Position numbers and translations under genes: made by a program. This document shows, piece by piece, positions 38,378 to 48,246 of a stretch of 64,000 bases of DNA. The notes below the pieces were generated by a model. It had not been told where the DNA came from, did no database searches, and saw nothing but the letters and a program-made list of their open reading frames with translations. How positions within the stretch are numbered: position 1 is the stretch's first letter; each line of letters starts with the position of its first letter. The DNA comes from an uncultured Armatimonadetes bacterium (GTDB taxonomy: Bacteria > Armatimonadota > Hebobacteria > Hebobacterales > Hebobacteraceae), in contig OY970296.1 in the NCBI GenBank assembly GCA_963716175.1, forward strand, positions 704,001-768,000, read 5' to 3'.

Positions 38378-39145
38378 CTAGCAGCCAGAGGATACTGCCA
38401 GCGACAACGCGAGATCAACCATGGCTCTCTCGCCGCGGGCTCTCCGTTCAGCCTTTGCGGCACCGGTGAGCATGATGTGCTCGCCGGCCCGCGGGTTATC
38501 GAAGGCGAAGAGGAGAGATAGGCGACGCATTTCGAAGTGCTCCGCCACCGCGAAGGTGGCGGCGGATTCCATATCCACGGCGAGGTAACCAGCGTCGCCC
38601 CACGCCGCGACCTCGGCTCTTCCCTCAGCAAGGAGTGCGGACGTCGTCCAGATCGGCCCCTTGTGCAGACCAATGGAACCCGCGCCCACGCATTCGACAG
38701 CCGCGACCAAGTCCGGCGACGCCTCCACCTCGTCTTTTCCTGGCAGGTAGTAGCAGGCCGCTCCCTCGCCGCAGTGGGCTCTGGTGGCGCACACGATGTC
38801 GCCGGGGAAAATGCCCTCAGCCAAGGCTCCGCAGCAACCGGTCTGGACCACGAGCCTCGTGCCCATCGCCCCGAAGACATGGGTGATCTCAGAGGCCATA
38901 GCATCGCCGTACACAGAGGCGTAGCCGACAAGATCTCCCTGGAAGCGGCCAATCAGCACGTCCTCGAAGATGCCGTTCGGCGAACCCACCTCCAGCACAT
39001 CGGAGAAGTGAGCCTTGTGCTTCTCGTAGTTCAGCTTCAGGTTGCGTGTCCCACGTAGCAGGAGAACTCCGGGTACCAAGTCCTCTGGTATAGCGAGGAA
39101 GGCCAGCCAATCATCCCTTGTCAGCTCTTTCAGCACTTCAGACAC
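38378..39145 (-). CDS. Purine/uridine nucleoside phosphorylase family protein
   Basis: VQTGCCGAL, GDIV, IWTTSA, LAVDMESAA. Confidence 0.85.
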   Translation of the reverse strand: MSEVLKELTRDDWLAFLAIPEDLVPGVLLLRGTRNLKLNYEKHKAHFSDVLEVGSPNGIFEDVLIGRFQGDLVGYASVYGDAMASEITHVFGAMGTRLVVQTGCCGALAEGIFPGDIVCATRAHCGEGAACYYLPGKDEVEASPDLVAAVECVGAGSIGLHKGPIWTTSALLAEGRAEVAAWGDAGYLAVDMESAATFAVAEHFEMRRLSLLFAFDNPRAGEHIMLTGAAKAERRARGERAMVDLALSLAVSSGC

Positions 39146-39369
39146 CTTCGTCTCCCCTCGTGGGCTCCCTCTGGGGCAAGGAACGTGAATGAGCGTGCCC
39201 GAGCGCGCATGTACCCGAGCGCCGTCCGCGCCAGCACCCGGTTGGCCCGCTGCCAACGACCGCTGTTCTCTTCGCTGGCACATCCCGGGTCAGTGAGGCA
39301 GGCGACCACCTCTCTACTGCTCTCCACCCCAACGCTTCTGATCAGGCGCCCTCGGTCAGTGCTGCTCCT

Positions 39370-40941
39370 TCACTTGGTCGCAGCACCAGATGCTGATCCG
39401 CCCGCGCTCTCAAGATCCTTGAGCGCAGCCTGGCCGTCCGTGTGGCTTGCGGGGAGCTTTCCCAGCAGCTCCTTCGCTTCCTTCGTCCTTTCCTGCACCT
39501 GCGCGACCCGGCCGAGCACATACCACGTCTCATCGTCGGCCTTCCCCTGCAGCGCAAACTCCCGGCCTGGCTGGGCCTGCGCCAGGACGGCCGCGAGCCG
39601 GATCTGCCGCTCCGATCCCTGCCTGGGGATCCCGCTCCGCCGCATGGCGATCGCCAAGTTGACCCGCATGTCAGCATCGGAGGGCGCCATCTCGAGGGCG
39701 TCGGAAAGCAGCTTCACCGCAGTGCCGTAGTCGGCCGCGGTGAGCGCGCGGTAGCCCTCCTCGCGCAGCCCAGCGGGTCGCCCTTCCCTCAGGCCCGTTC
39801 TGACCGAATCCGGTACGTATTCGAGCAGCAGGCTTCGGGAGTCTCCTCCCAGGACCGTGTCCAGCGCCCGAAGGATGGCCTCGGTGTCCAGGGGCTCCTG
39901 GCCCTGCAGCTTGCCCACGACCGCGGCCAGCGTGCCTGGCGGGCGATCGCGCAGCAGCCGCTCGATGAGCTCATAGGCGCAGTAGGCCGACTCTTCGTCC
40001 TTGGCGTCGCGTGGCCTGGGGTCCTCGCCAGAGGGCCAGGCGAGAAGATTGACTCGCGCCCTCGCTTCCGGCGTGGGGGCCTCTGGAAGGACGACCTCCC
40101 GGCACTGCTGTACGTAGTCAGGTGCGATCTCCTGGACGACGCGGGGCGTGGCCCATTGCGCCACCCCTTCGTGGAACCATCGCGTGAACGGCTGGGGTCC
40201 GCATTGCCTGGCGAGCAGCAGGTTGGCGGCCATCTGGATGCTGGCGAAGTGGGTGTGTAAGGCCAGGCCCCCAGCGAAGATGTCTAGCATGTCGCCCACG
40301 CCGGCAGCGGGGCCCTTCTCGGCGTTGCGAAAGGTGCCGTCATCCCTAACCAGGACGGGGAGAAAGCTCCGCTCGGTCGGGAGCTTCACACCGGCCCCCT
40401 CCAGCGCCGACGCCTGGATGCCCATCTGGAGCTGGAACCTGTCCTCGCGGGGGAGATACGTCAGGCTGATAGCGCCACCGCTCACCCCGCCCGAGGCCTT
40501 CAGGTCAGACTCCCGGTACACCCTCACGTCAGCGAACATCGGCTCGACGAAGGCCGTCGTCACCTGTCCTACCCCCGCGATCAGCCTGGTCGCGTCTCCC
40601 TCCGCTTCTGGGAGGCCGAGCAGTTGCGCGAGCACGCGGGCGGTTCGCGCTCCATCGGAGAAGGCGCGCTGCATGGCCCGAAACTTCTCCCGGCGTGGCG
40701 CCACCACCGTCTTGCAGACCTCGGCTACCTGCTGCGCCTGGGACTCAAGGCCGCGCGGGTAGCTGATGGTGATACCACCGACGATCAGCTTTTCGGTCAG
40801 GACGGGCCCCGGATTGCCGCCCCCCTGCACCGCCTCGGCGGGAGGGACGGGGCCCGGGCCGGCCCCGGCGTCATCTGCACACGCCGGCCGGTATGGGGCG
40901 AGACACAGCAGCAGCACTGCGACTGGCAGCCACCATCTCAT
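39370..40941 (-). CDS. Secreted protein with peptidase-MA-like core and C-terminal TPRs
   Basis: MRWWLPVAVLLL signal; RWFHEGVAQW; TPR-like helices (ADMRVNLAIA, ETWYVLGRV). Confidence 0.7.
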   Translation of the reverse strand: MRWWLPVAVLLLCLAPYRPACADDAGAGPGPVPPAEAVQGGGNPGPVLTEKLIVGGITISYPRGLESQAQQVAEVCKTVVAPRREKFRAMQRAFSDGARTARVLAQLLGLPEAEGDATRLIAGVGQVTTAFVEPMFADVRVYRESDLKASGGVSGGAISLTYLPREDRFQLQMGIQASALEGAGVKLPTERSFLPVLVRDDGTFRNAEKGPAAGVGDMLDIFAGGLALHTHFASIQMAANLLLARQCGPQPFTRWFHEGVAQWATPRVVQEIAPDYVQQCREVVLPEAPTPEARARVNLLAWPSGEDPRPRDAKDEESAYCAYELIERLLRDRPPGTLAAVVGKLQGQEPLDTEAILRALDTVLGGDSRSLLLEYVPDSVRTGLREGRPAGLREEGYRALTAADYGTAVKLLSDALEMAPSDADMRVNLAIAMRRSGIPRQGSERQIRLAAVLAQAQPGREFALQGKADDETWYVLGRVAQVQERTKEAKELLGKLPASHTDGQAALKDLESAGGSASGAATK

Positions 40942-41478
40942 CAGCTCTCTCCTGACCTGCTTGGGATACCGCGGCCAACGTAAGAGCCTCACCCCTGCAG
41001 GCACGAGGTCCTCCCGTGTTGGCGCCCCCGTGGCAGACGGGCGCCGGCACGCTATCTCGCCTCCCGGTCGCGCAGAAGCTGGACGAGCGCGGCGCCCTAC
41101 GACGCCAGTGCCTACACCAGACACAGCACCAGTTTGGCTCTCATCCCACCCCCCTGGCGTGAGTCCTCTGGGCCTCAGCGCTTCGCCTCCCATGCCGCAC
41201 AATAGCTCATCCGCCTCCTGGGACGCTGCGACAACCCTGGTCGCGGTATTCTCTGCACTCGCTAGCACCCCTGTTCCGGACGGTCGGTGGTGAGACTCCT
41301 CAGTTGAGGGGCCCACCGGGCCGCCTTGAGGCCCCGTTGGGCCCGCATGGCGAAGCAGAATCAAACCGGCCTTCGAGCCAGCGCCAATCCTGTCTGAGCC
41401 ACACCGCTGAGTTCCCAAACAGCACGGTGATGGGCCCATTTCTGGACAAACCGCCATAGCGGGTGGGCATTCCAGGAC

Positions 41479-41525
41479 TTGACGTGCGAAGGTGGTCAGA
41501 TAGAATACTACATCGGAATCATTCC
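41479..41525 (+). promoter_or_regulatory. Sigma-70 promoter and Fur/PerR-type operator
   Basis: TTGACG-N16-TAGAAT; palindrome GGAAT-C-ATTCC at 41515-41525. Confidence 0.65.
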
Positions 41526-41540
41526 CCCTGTAGGCCGACC

Positions 41541-42035
41541 ATGAGTACAGACAGAGCGGAAGTTCAACGTCGTCTTCGTCACTTCCGGGAGGTCTGCAAG
41601 AACAACGGCGTGAAGGTGACCCATCAGCGCATGGTCATCTTCCAGGCCTTGGCGCAAACTGACGAGCACCCGGACGTGGAGACGATCTACGCAGCCGTTA
41701 GAAAACAGATCCCGGCAATCTCGCTCGATACGGTGTATCGCACGCTTTGGCTGTTGCGGGACTTGGGGTTGATCTCCACGTTGGGGCTGCCTCGAGAGAG
41801 GGTGCGATTTGATGGGAATACGAGCAGACACCACCACTTCGTCTGTGCGGGATGTGGGCTGGCGAGGGACTTCTACAGCGCGGAGTTCGACAAACTGCCC
41901 ATCCCGAGAGAGGTGAGAGCCGTCGGGAGCGTGGAGACAGCGCACGTGGAACTGAGGGGCCTGTGCTCCCGCTGCCTGAAGAAACGAAGGGGCCGACGGA
42001 GCGATCGCGACCTGTCGCACAGAGACCGCCGCTAA
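41541..42035 (+). CDS. perR: Fur-family peroxide regulator (PerR-like)
   Basis: [32 protein letters not shown]; directly upstream of catalase. Confidence 0.85.
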   Translation: MSTDRAEVQRRLRHFREVCKNNGVKVTHQRMVIFQALAQTDEHPDVETIYAAVRKQIPAISLDTVYRTLWLLRDLGLISTLGLPRERVRFDGNTSRHHHFVCAGCGLARDFYSAEFDKLPIPREVRAVGSVETAHVELRGLCSRCLKKRRGRRSDRDLSHRDRR

Positions 42036-42046
42036 GGAGGCGCACC

Positions 42047-43555
42047 ATGAGTGAGAAGGAGCGACTGACCACGGGGTTCGGAACGCCGGTCGAAAACGAC
42101 CTGAGCTCAGTGACCGCCGGACCCAAGGGACCGGTTCTCATCCAGGACGTACACCTGGTCGAGAAGCTGGCCCACTTCGACCGAGAGCGGATTCCCGAAC
42201 GCGTGGTGCACGCGAAGGGAGCCGGAGCATACGGCCATTTCGAGGTGACCCATGATGTCACCAAGTACACTCGCGCCAAGTTCCTCTCTGCCGTGGGGAA
42301 GCGAACGGAGGTCTTCGCGCGGTTCTCAACCGTGGGCGGTGAGAAGGGGTCTGCCGACTCCGAACGCGACCCTCGCGGGTTCGCGGTGAAGTTCTACACC
42401 GAGGAAGGCAACTACGACCTGGTTGGGAACGACACACCCGTCTTCTTCATCCGTGACCCACTGAAGTTCCCGGACTTCATCCACACCCAGAAGCGCAATC
42501 CCGCAACCAACCTCAAGGACCCGGATATGTTCTGGGACTTCCTCTCGCTGACGCCCGAGTCCATCCACCAGGTGACTATCCTCTTCTCCGACCGCGGCAC
42601 GCCCAGGGCCTACCGGCACATGAACGGGTACAGCAGCCACGCTTACATGTGGTACAACGAGAAGGGGGACTATCACTGGGTTCAGCTTCACTTCAAGACC
42701 GAGCAGGGGATCCAGAACTTCACCGGTGAGGAAGCGGATCGCATGCGCGGCACCGACCCGGACTGTGCCACGCGTGATCTGCACGACGCGATAGCACGCG
42801 GCGACTACCCCTCTTGGCGGCTGGAAGTCCAGGTCATGACTCCCGAGCAGGCGAGAAGCTACCGGTTTGACCCCTTCGACATCACGAAGGTCTGGCCGCA
42901 CGCGGACTTCCCGCCCGTGAACGTGGGCCGCCTGGTGCTCGACCGGAATCCCGAGAACTACTTCGCCGAGGTGGAGCAGTCGGCGTTCTCTCCGGGCAAC
43001 TTCGTTCCCGGCATTGGGCCGTCCCCGGACAAGATGCTGCAGGGGCGACTGTTCAGCTATCACGACACGCATCGGCATCGGCTTGGGCCTAACTACCACC
43101 TGATTCCCGTCAACGCACCGAAGGCGTGCCGCATGCAAAGCTATCAGCGTGACGGGGCGATGCGAGTAGACATGAATGGAGGTGGCGGCCCCAACTACTG
43201 GCCGAATAGCTTCGGAGGCCCGTTGCCGGACCCGGACGTCGCTGCCCCGCCTATCGACGTTTCCGGCCTGGCAGCGCGCCACCAATACGAGCTTGGCGAC
43301 ATAGACTTCGTCCAAGCTGGGGACCTCTACCGAAAGGTCATGACTGATGAGCACCGGGCTCACCTCGTCAGCAACATCGTCTCGCACCTGAGGAACGCCC
43401 AGCGGCGTCTGCAGCTCAGACAGACCGCGCTGTTCTACAAGGCGGACCCTGACTACGGCGAGCGTGTCGCCAGGGGCCTCGACCTGGACCTGCAAGAGGT
43501 CAGACGCCTCGCCGCGATGTCGCAGGAGGACCGCGTCAAGGCGACCTCCCGCTGA
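42047..43555 (+). CDS. katA: Monofunctional heme catalase (small subunit)
   Basis: [36 protein letters not shown] heme-Tyr motif. Confidence 0.97.
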   Translation: MSEKERLTTGFGTPVENDLSSVTAGPKGPVLIQDVHLVEKLAHFDRERIPERVVHAKGAGAYGHFEVTHDVTKYTRAKFLSAVGKRTEVFARFSTVGGEKGSADSERDPRGFAVKFYTEEGNYDLVGNDTPVFFIRDPLKFPDFIHTQKRNPATNLKDPDMFWDFLSLTPESIHQVTILFSDRGTPRAYRHMNGYSSHAYMWYNEKGDYHWVQLHFKTEQGIQNFTGEEADRMRGTDPDCATRDLHDAIARGDYPSWRLEVQVMTPEQARSYRFDPFDITKVWPHADFPPVNVGRLVLDRNPENYFAEVEQSAFSPGNFVPGIGPSPDKMLQGRLFSYHDTHRHRLGPNYHLIPVNAPKACRMQSYQRDGAMRVDMNGGGGPNYWPNSFGGPLPDPDVAAPPIDVSGLAARHQYELGDIDFVQAGDLYRKVMTDEHRAHLVSNIVSHLRNAQRRLQLRQTALFYKADPDYGERVARGLDLDLQEVRRLAAMSQEDRVKATSR

Positions 43556-43596
43556 GCCGAAGTGCGGGTGTCAGACGGCGATGAGACATCGGTAAG

Positions 43597-43621
43597 GGAC
43601 GGCTGGCTCAGACGGTAGAGC
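43597..43621 (+). pseudogene. tRNA 5' half remnant (acceptor 5' strand + D-arm)
   Basis: GGACGGC-TG-GCTC-AGACGGTA-GAGC with no anticodon or T arm following. Confidence 0.5.
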
Positions 43622-43666
43622 TTACGCCAGAGGCTAGCCTACCAAACTGAAGATCGAGATTCGCGT

Positions 43667-43742
43667 GCCGGGTTAGCTCAGGTGGTAGAGCGCGGGACTG
43701 AAAGTCCAGGCGGCCCCAGTTCGATTCTGGGAGCCGGCACCA
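43667..43742 (+). tRNA. tRNA-Phe(GAA), 76 nt, encoded CCA, two stem mismatches
   Basis: Cloverleaf: GCTC/GAGC D-stem, CTGAAAG anticodon loop, CCCAG-TTCGATT-CTGGG T-arm, ACCA end. Confidence 0.88.
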
Positions 43743-43752
43743 GGAGCTTCCG

Positions 43753-43780
43753 GGGCGATGGCCGAAGGCCGTCGCCCTTC
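43753..43780 (+). terminator. Hairpin after the tRNA
   Basis: GGGCGATGGCC-GAA-GGCCGTCGCCC-TTC; weak U tract. Confidence 0.5.
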
Positions 43781-43809
43781 CGCGTCGGCGCGAGCTGGCC
43801 TAGCCGGCC

Positions 43810-43952
43810 TTAGCTCCACCTCTGCCTGCCGCAGCTTGTGGATGATCTGCTCCGGCGTATGCCGCTTCGCATTCATCTGCCTCGCTCCTCCTTGACCAGT
43901 CCAGCCCCAAGTACTAACATTCAGCCTGGACTCGTTCTAGGGGGCAAGGCCA
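43810..43952 (-). mobile_element. IS3-family (IS407-like) left-end remnant
   Basis: IRL-like TGGCCTTGCCCCCTAGAACGAGTCCAG; AGGAGG RBS; OrfA start MNAKRHTPEQIIHKLRQAEVEL, truncated. Confidence 0.8.
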
Positions 43953-44116
43953 CTGGAAGGTCCGGGCGCGGGACAGCCGGGCCAGCATCGGCGAATGGAG
44001 CCCGGTCTTCCGCTTCACAACTGCGGCTCAGCCGGGATGAGGAGAGCGTGTCTGCTGTCTCCGGCTACGCTTCCATTCATTCGCGGGGAAACCAGAGGGG
44101 CTTGAGAGGCACAGCC

Positions 44117-45036
44117 ATGGAATGGATCGACACCCACGTACACATCAGCGGCGTCTCTCCTGACGGCTCCGTGCGCGAGAACCTGGCACAGGACGTGGCG
44201 GTGGTGCTGGATGGAGCAGGGGCTGATCTGCGCTTTGTCGTCAACTGCTGCGAAGCCGACAGCGCCGCCGAGTTCCAGCGGATGATGGAGCGGCCGGAGG
44301 GGGTGCTGGAGGCGAGCAGGCACGTACACGGCCTGGCCAAGGGCCTGGCAGGCCGGGTGTACGGGTCATGCATGGTGAACCCCCACTTCCTCGACGCCTC
44401 CCTCAAGACGATGGATGTGACCTTCGGGCAGTGGAGGTTCGTGATGCTCGGGGAGATGGTCCAGTACATGATGCACTACCGGATGAACAGCGATCCGGTG
44501 GCGCGGTTGGTGCGAAAGGCCGTGGAGTTCGATGTCCCCACCCAGGTGCACATTCGACCTCCAACAGCGCCCAGGGCAACTTCACCTCCGGCACCGAGGA
44601 ACTGTATGACTTCCTGGCGCTCGTGCAGCGGGAGCCGGAGGCGAGATACCTGCTGGCCCACTTCGTGGGCTCTCCGCGAGCCAATCCGACGGTAGTGGAA
44701 GGGTACCTGGACATCATCGAGCGCGAGCTGGGAGGATGGCCGGACAACTTCTGGGCTGAGATCATCCACTTCCACTCACCGGGGGTCCCGGTGGCGCTGG
44801 CGCGGATACCCCACGACCGGCTAATGGCCGGCACCGACTGGGTCGGGCGGCCGGGTCCCCCCTTCTTGCCCTATGGCATCGTCTACGGAGTGCAGTCAGC
44901 AGAGCAGAACCCGTACCCGCCGCGTGTGGCAAGCCTGGTTGACTTCCTCGTCTCTGCTGGAGCTTCGCCGGAGACGGTGCGGGCCATCGCCTTCGGGAAC
45001 GCTGCCAGGCTGCTCAGGCTGGGCCCGCGCGCTTAG
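44117..45036 (+). pseudogene. Amidohydrolase_2 family gene split by a 1-nt deletion near 44554
   Basis: IDTHVH...VHI in one frame, STSN...LAHF...GTDW...GNAARLL in the next; one extra T restores VHISTSN. Confidence 0.85.
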
Positions 45037-45102
45037 CCTGGAGCAGTGAGGGCGAAGCGGCAGGACACGCTGGGCGGGATACCCGCGGGTGCCCCTAGCC
45101 TA

Positions 45103-45202
45103 ATGAATGTCGCCCAAAGAAGTAACGGGCGGCATTCATCAGAAAGCCAGGGAATGCCTGAAGAAAGACGTTCGCGCAATGTTACTTCATTGCGCGAACG
45201 TC
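45103..45202. repeat. Twin hairpins with complementary 8-nt apices
   Basis: 13-bp stem with loop AAAGAAGTAAC; 14-bp perfect stem with loop GTTACTTC. Confidence 0.75.
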
Positions 45203-45349
45203 GGTAGTAGAGATGATGTGACCCACCCGGCAGCCGGAGGCGCCGGGGTGCTTGGGGCCGTGGGCAGCAGTGCTTCGTCGTCGCGGGCAGTGCCGTGCTG
45301 GCAGACCTCTGGCGAGGATTCCTAGACCGGCCTGACACGACCAGGCTGG

Positions 45350-46141
45350 CTACAGGGCGGCGAGCTCGGCTCTGACCACTCCGGCCAGGTCGGCGACGAT
45401 GGACGCTAGGTGCTGCGCGCCTTCCTCGGCTGTTGCTAGGCGCGGGTCGTCCTCAGCGCGCACAGTGAAGTCTGCGGTGGGGCGGCCCTCGAACGTCGGC
45501 TGATCAACTACGGCCAGCTCGGTGTTCCTCAGAGGCCCCGCTGGCAGCTCTGTAAGATCCACATTCCCGGTGAGGGCTTGCATGATCGCCGTCTCGACTC
45601 GAGTCGCGTGCGAGCCGTTGAAGTAGTCGCCCGGGGTCCTCAGCACGGGCATGAGCAGCAGCACCTTGGCCCGGCTTGTGTGACTGAACTCGAGCGCCAG
45701 CCGCTGCAGTGTCTGAATCTGGTTGTCGGCGCCATGTCCGTTGAGAAGCACGATCAGCTTGTAGCCGCGTCGCGCCAGTAGCTCCAGGTAGCTGCGCACG
45801 ACTATCGCCAGTACTTCCTCGGGCAGGTACAGACTATGAACGGGCAGGCCAGGGAAGTCCATGCCGACGATGTACTCGTCGCCCCGGAAGCCAATGCTGC
45901 GCAGCATCTGCGGGCTGCGCTCTCGCTCCGTGCCGAGGAACAGCGGCGGAAGCACAACACCTCCCACCTCGCGGGCGAGACGCAGCGACACCTCGTATGC
46001 GTTCAGTGGGTCGGTGCCGAAGGGAAGATGCGGGCCGTGCCACTCCAGGGGACCGAGCGGCAGGAACACGAGCGGGCAACCCTCTCTCTCGGCGATGATC
46101 TGAGACGGTCTCAGCAGTTCGAGCTTGACCTCTCGCTCCAT
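45350..46141 (-). CDS. Creatininase/mycofactocin-amidase family protein
   Basis: PLGPLEWHGPHLPFGTD, LNGHGADN, SHATRVET. Confidence 0.9.
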   Translation of the reverse strand: MEREVKLELLRPSQIIAEREGCPLVFLPLGPLEWHGPHLPFGTDPLNAYEVSLRLAREVGGVVLPPLFLGTERERSPQMLRSIGFRGDEYIVGMDFPGLPVHSLYLPEEVLAIVVRSYLELLARRGYKLIVLLNGHGADNQIQTLQRLALEFSHTSRAKVLLLMPVLRTPGDYFNGSHATRVETAIMQALTGNVDLTELPAGPLRNTELAVVDQPTFEGRPTADFTVRAEDDPRLATAEEGAQHLASIVADLAGVVRAELAAL

Positions 46142-46395
46142 ACCACTATCCTCCGACTGATGCGACTCACCTGCAGGGTTCCAGCGGAACCGGGCCAACA
46201 GAGCGCTGGGATTAGCCACACCTCGGGCGCTCCTGCCCCTCTATTTCTGCAGTCTCGCCCGGTTGTCGGCAGCGTTCCCGGCGGGATATGACAGTCCAGA
46301 CTTGCCCTTCGGTTCGCCGCGTCAGCATTGCAGCCCTGTCGCGCCCCGGGCCCGCGTCTCGGGCACCGCGCCGAACGCGGATACTCAGCCGGCCT

Positions 46396-46464
46396 GCTCA
46401 CGCGACGGGAGTCTGGGCAGTGACTCCAAGCTGAGGGGGTAGTCGGAGTCGGGAGGCGCCCGGG
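46396..46464 (+). repeat. Bulged-hairpin repeat, copy B
   Basis: gctcacgcgacgggagtctgggcagtgactccaagctgagggggtagtcggagtcgggaggcgcccggg. Confidence 0.8.
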
Positions 46465-46724
46465 TGGTGCTACCCGTGTTCTGGGCGCACCAAATGGCCG
46501 TCCGGAGTTGGGGCCCTCACCGGGATACCCGCTGCAACCACAGGATGCCGCAGTGGCGCTCCGGATGTGCGGCTGGGCAGATCAGCAGTGTGACGAGGAT
46601 GCCCGCAGCTTGGCACCGAAGCACAGGCAACGGTCAAGGCTGGGCAGCAGCTCCGCGGGGGTCACGCCTGGCGGGCAACGGCAATGCCCACAAAGCGGGC
46701 TCGCGGCCCCTCGAAGGCATGGAC

Positions 46725-47156
46725 ATGATGAAGACGCCAAGTGACGCCATCCGGAATAGCCAGGTGCGACTGATGCCAGGTCGGTATGCGGTCCTGCGAT
46801 GCGCAGATGTGCCCGATGGCCCTGGCTGGTTCATGATCACCCGGGATCCAGATGAAGTGACAGCTATCGTCGAGGAATCGGCGATTCCCGAATCGCGCGC
46901 CCTCGAGACGGACGGGGGCTATAGACTCGTGGAGATCAGGGTTGCCACAGGATTCGAGAGCGTTGGATTCCTTGCCGCGGTGACCCGCGCTCTTGCTGAG
47001 GCAGGACTCAGCATCTTCGTGGTATCTACCTACTCGAAGGACTATGTGCTCATGAAGGAAGAGTTGGTCGCGGCCGGACTGCAGGCACTTTCGGAAACCG
47101 GCTTCCGAGTGGCTAGGCCCGCCTCCGGCGGGCCGCCACCCCGGCCCGCGGCCTAG
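46725..47156 (+). CDS. ACT-domain protein (ACT_7/CASTOR-like)
   Basis: ITRDPDEVT, GFLAAVTRALAEAGLSIFVVSTYSKDYVL; start 46719-46728. Confidence 0.85.
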   Translation: MMKTPSDAIRNSQVRLMPGRYAVLRCADVPDGPGWFMITRDPDEVTAIVEESAIPESRALETDGGYRLVEIRVATGFESVGFLAAVTRALAEAGLSIFVVSTYSKDYVLMKEELVAAGLQALSETGFRVARPASGGPPPRPAA

Positions 47157-47180
47157 GGGTTGTCGAGATCTAGCACAGCG

Positions 47181-47230
47181 CAGTGACTCCCTGCCGAGGC
47201 GGTAGCCGCAGTCGAAGGCACCCGGGGCCG
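47181..47230 (+). repeat. Bulged-hairpin repeat, copy C
   Basis: cagtgactccctgccgaggcggtagccgcagtcgaaggcacccggggccg. Confidence 0.8.
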
Positions 47231-47297
47231 GCCTCGCGGGCGGCTGACACGGACAGCCTGCTGCATCAGACCAGTGATCCTCCGCTCAGCAGCGGGG

Positions 47298-48074
47298 TCA
47301 GCGCAGCAGGAAATCAACCGTCACGCGACAGCTGATCCGCAGCTTCCCCGGGACTTCCGGCATCCCCAGCGGGGCTTCGGCGGCGGAGGCTGGCTGTGAG
47401 ACCCCGCCTCTCGCGGCGCGTCCGGCCCCCATCTCGTATTTCCAGTAGTCGCGATCATAGGAGTACTCGTCCGAGATGCTCTGGATGCCAACGATCTTCG
47501 CGCGTGCGCCCTCGGCCATGGCTTTCGCCTTCTCGGAGGCCCTCTCGGTCGCGAGCCGCAGCGCGGCGGCCCGCACGGTGTTCTCGTCCGCCAGTTCCCA
47601 GACGAGGCCTGAGAAACTCGTCGCTCCCGCCTCTACGGCGCCGTCCACGACTTCAGGAAGTCTGTCGAAGCTGCCGCCCTTCAGGGTGACGCGCAGCCAG
47701 TGGTAGGCCTTGTAGCCCAGCTGAACCGTGCGCCGTCGCGCAGAGTCGTACTCAGTCGCCGGTCCCAGGTACAGCTCAGAGGTCTCCAGCGATTCGCTTC
47801 TCACCCCCAGCCCAGTCAGGCGCGCCTTGATCGCTGTGACCGTTCGGGCGACTTGCGTGGCTGCTTCCTTCGGCGTTGGACGCACCGCTTTCACACCGAG
47901 GGAGATCTTCACGACATCCGGTTCGGCTTCCTGGTAGGCGTCGGCCGTCACCGTCAGCAGGCGCGGCTCGGGCGAAGGCTTCCGGCGCCACGAGGCTGCG
48001 TCAAGTAGTGTCGCCAGAACTGCCAGCGCCAGCACGACCACCACGACATGGCCAAAGACGGACTCTCGCTGCAT
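47298..48074 (-). CDS. SIMPL/DUF541 (YggE-like) protein
   Basis: N-terminal TM, LTVTA....EPD...ISLGV, DGAVEAGA, ALRLA...A.EKA..MA. Confidence 0.88.
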   Translation of the reverse strand: MQRESVFGHVVVVVLALAVLATLLDAASWRRKPSPEPRLLTVTADAYQEAEPDVVKISLGVKAVRPTPKEAATQVARTVTAIKARLTGLGVRSESLETSELYLGPATEYDSARRRTVQLGYKAYHWLRVTLKGGSFDRLPEVVDGAVEAGATSFSGLVWELADENTVRAAALRLATERASEKAKAMAEGARAKIVGIQSISDEYSYDRDYWKYEMGAGRAARGGVSQPASAAEAPLGMPEVPGKLRISCRVTVDFLLR

Positions 48075-48246
48075 CGCCGGCACCCCCTTGCCGTAGGCTC
48101 CCTGCACTCCCCACAAGTCCTATTGGGACACCCCCGGTAGTCACCCTTCTCCCTGAGTAGCTGCTATCCTCTCACTGATGGACGCGACACCCTGTCCACT
48201 GCCGGTTGCGGGTCAGAGCGCCATCCGAACCCGTTAGCGACGGACC

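Noticed and set aside
45125-45145. CTGATGA on the minus strand as a hammerhead ribozyme core
   Set aside because: No GAAA after stem II and no matching cleavage-site stems
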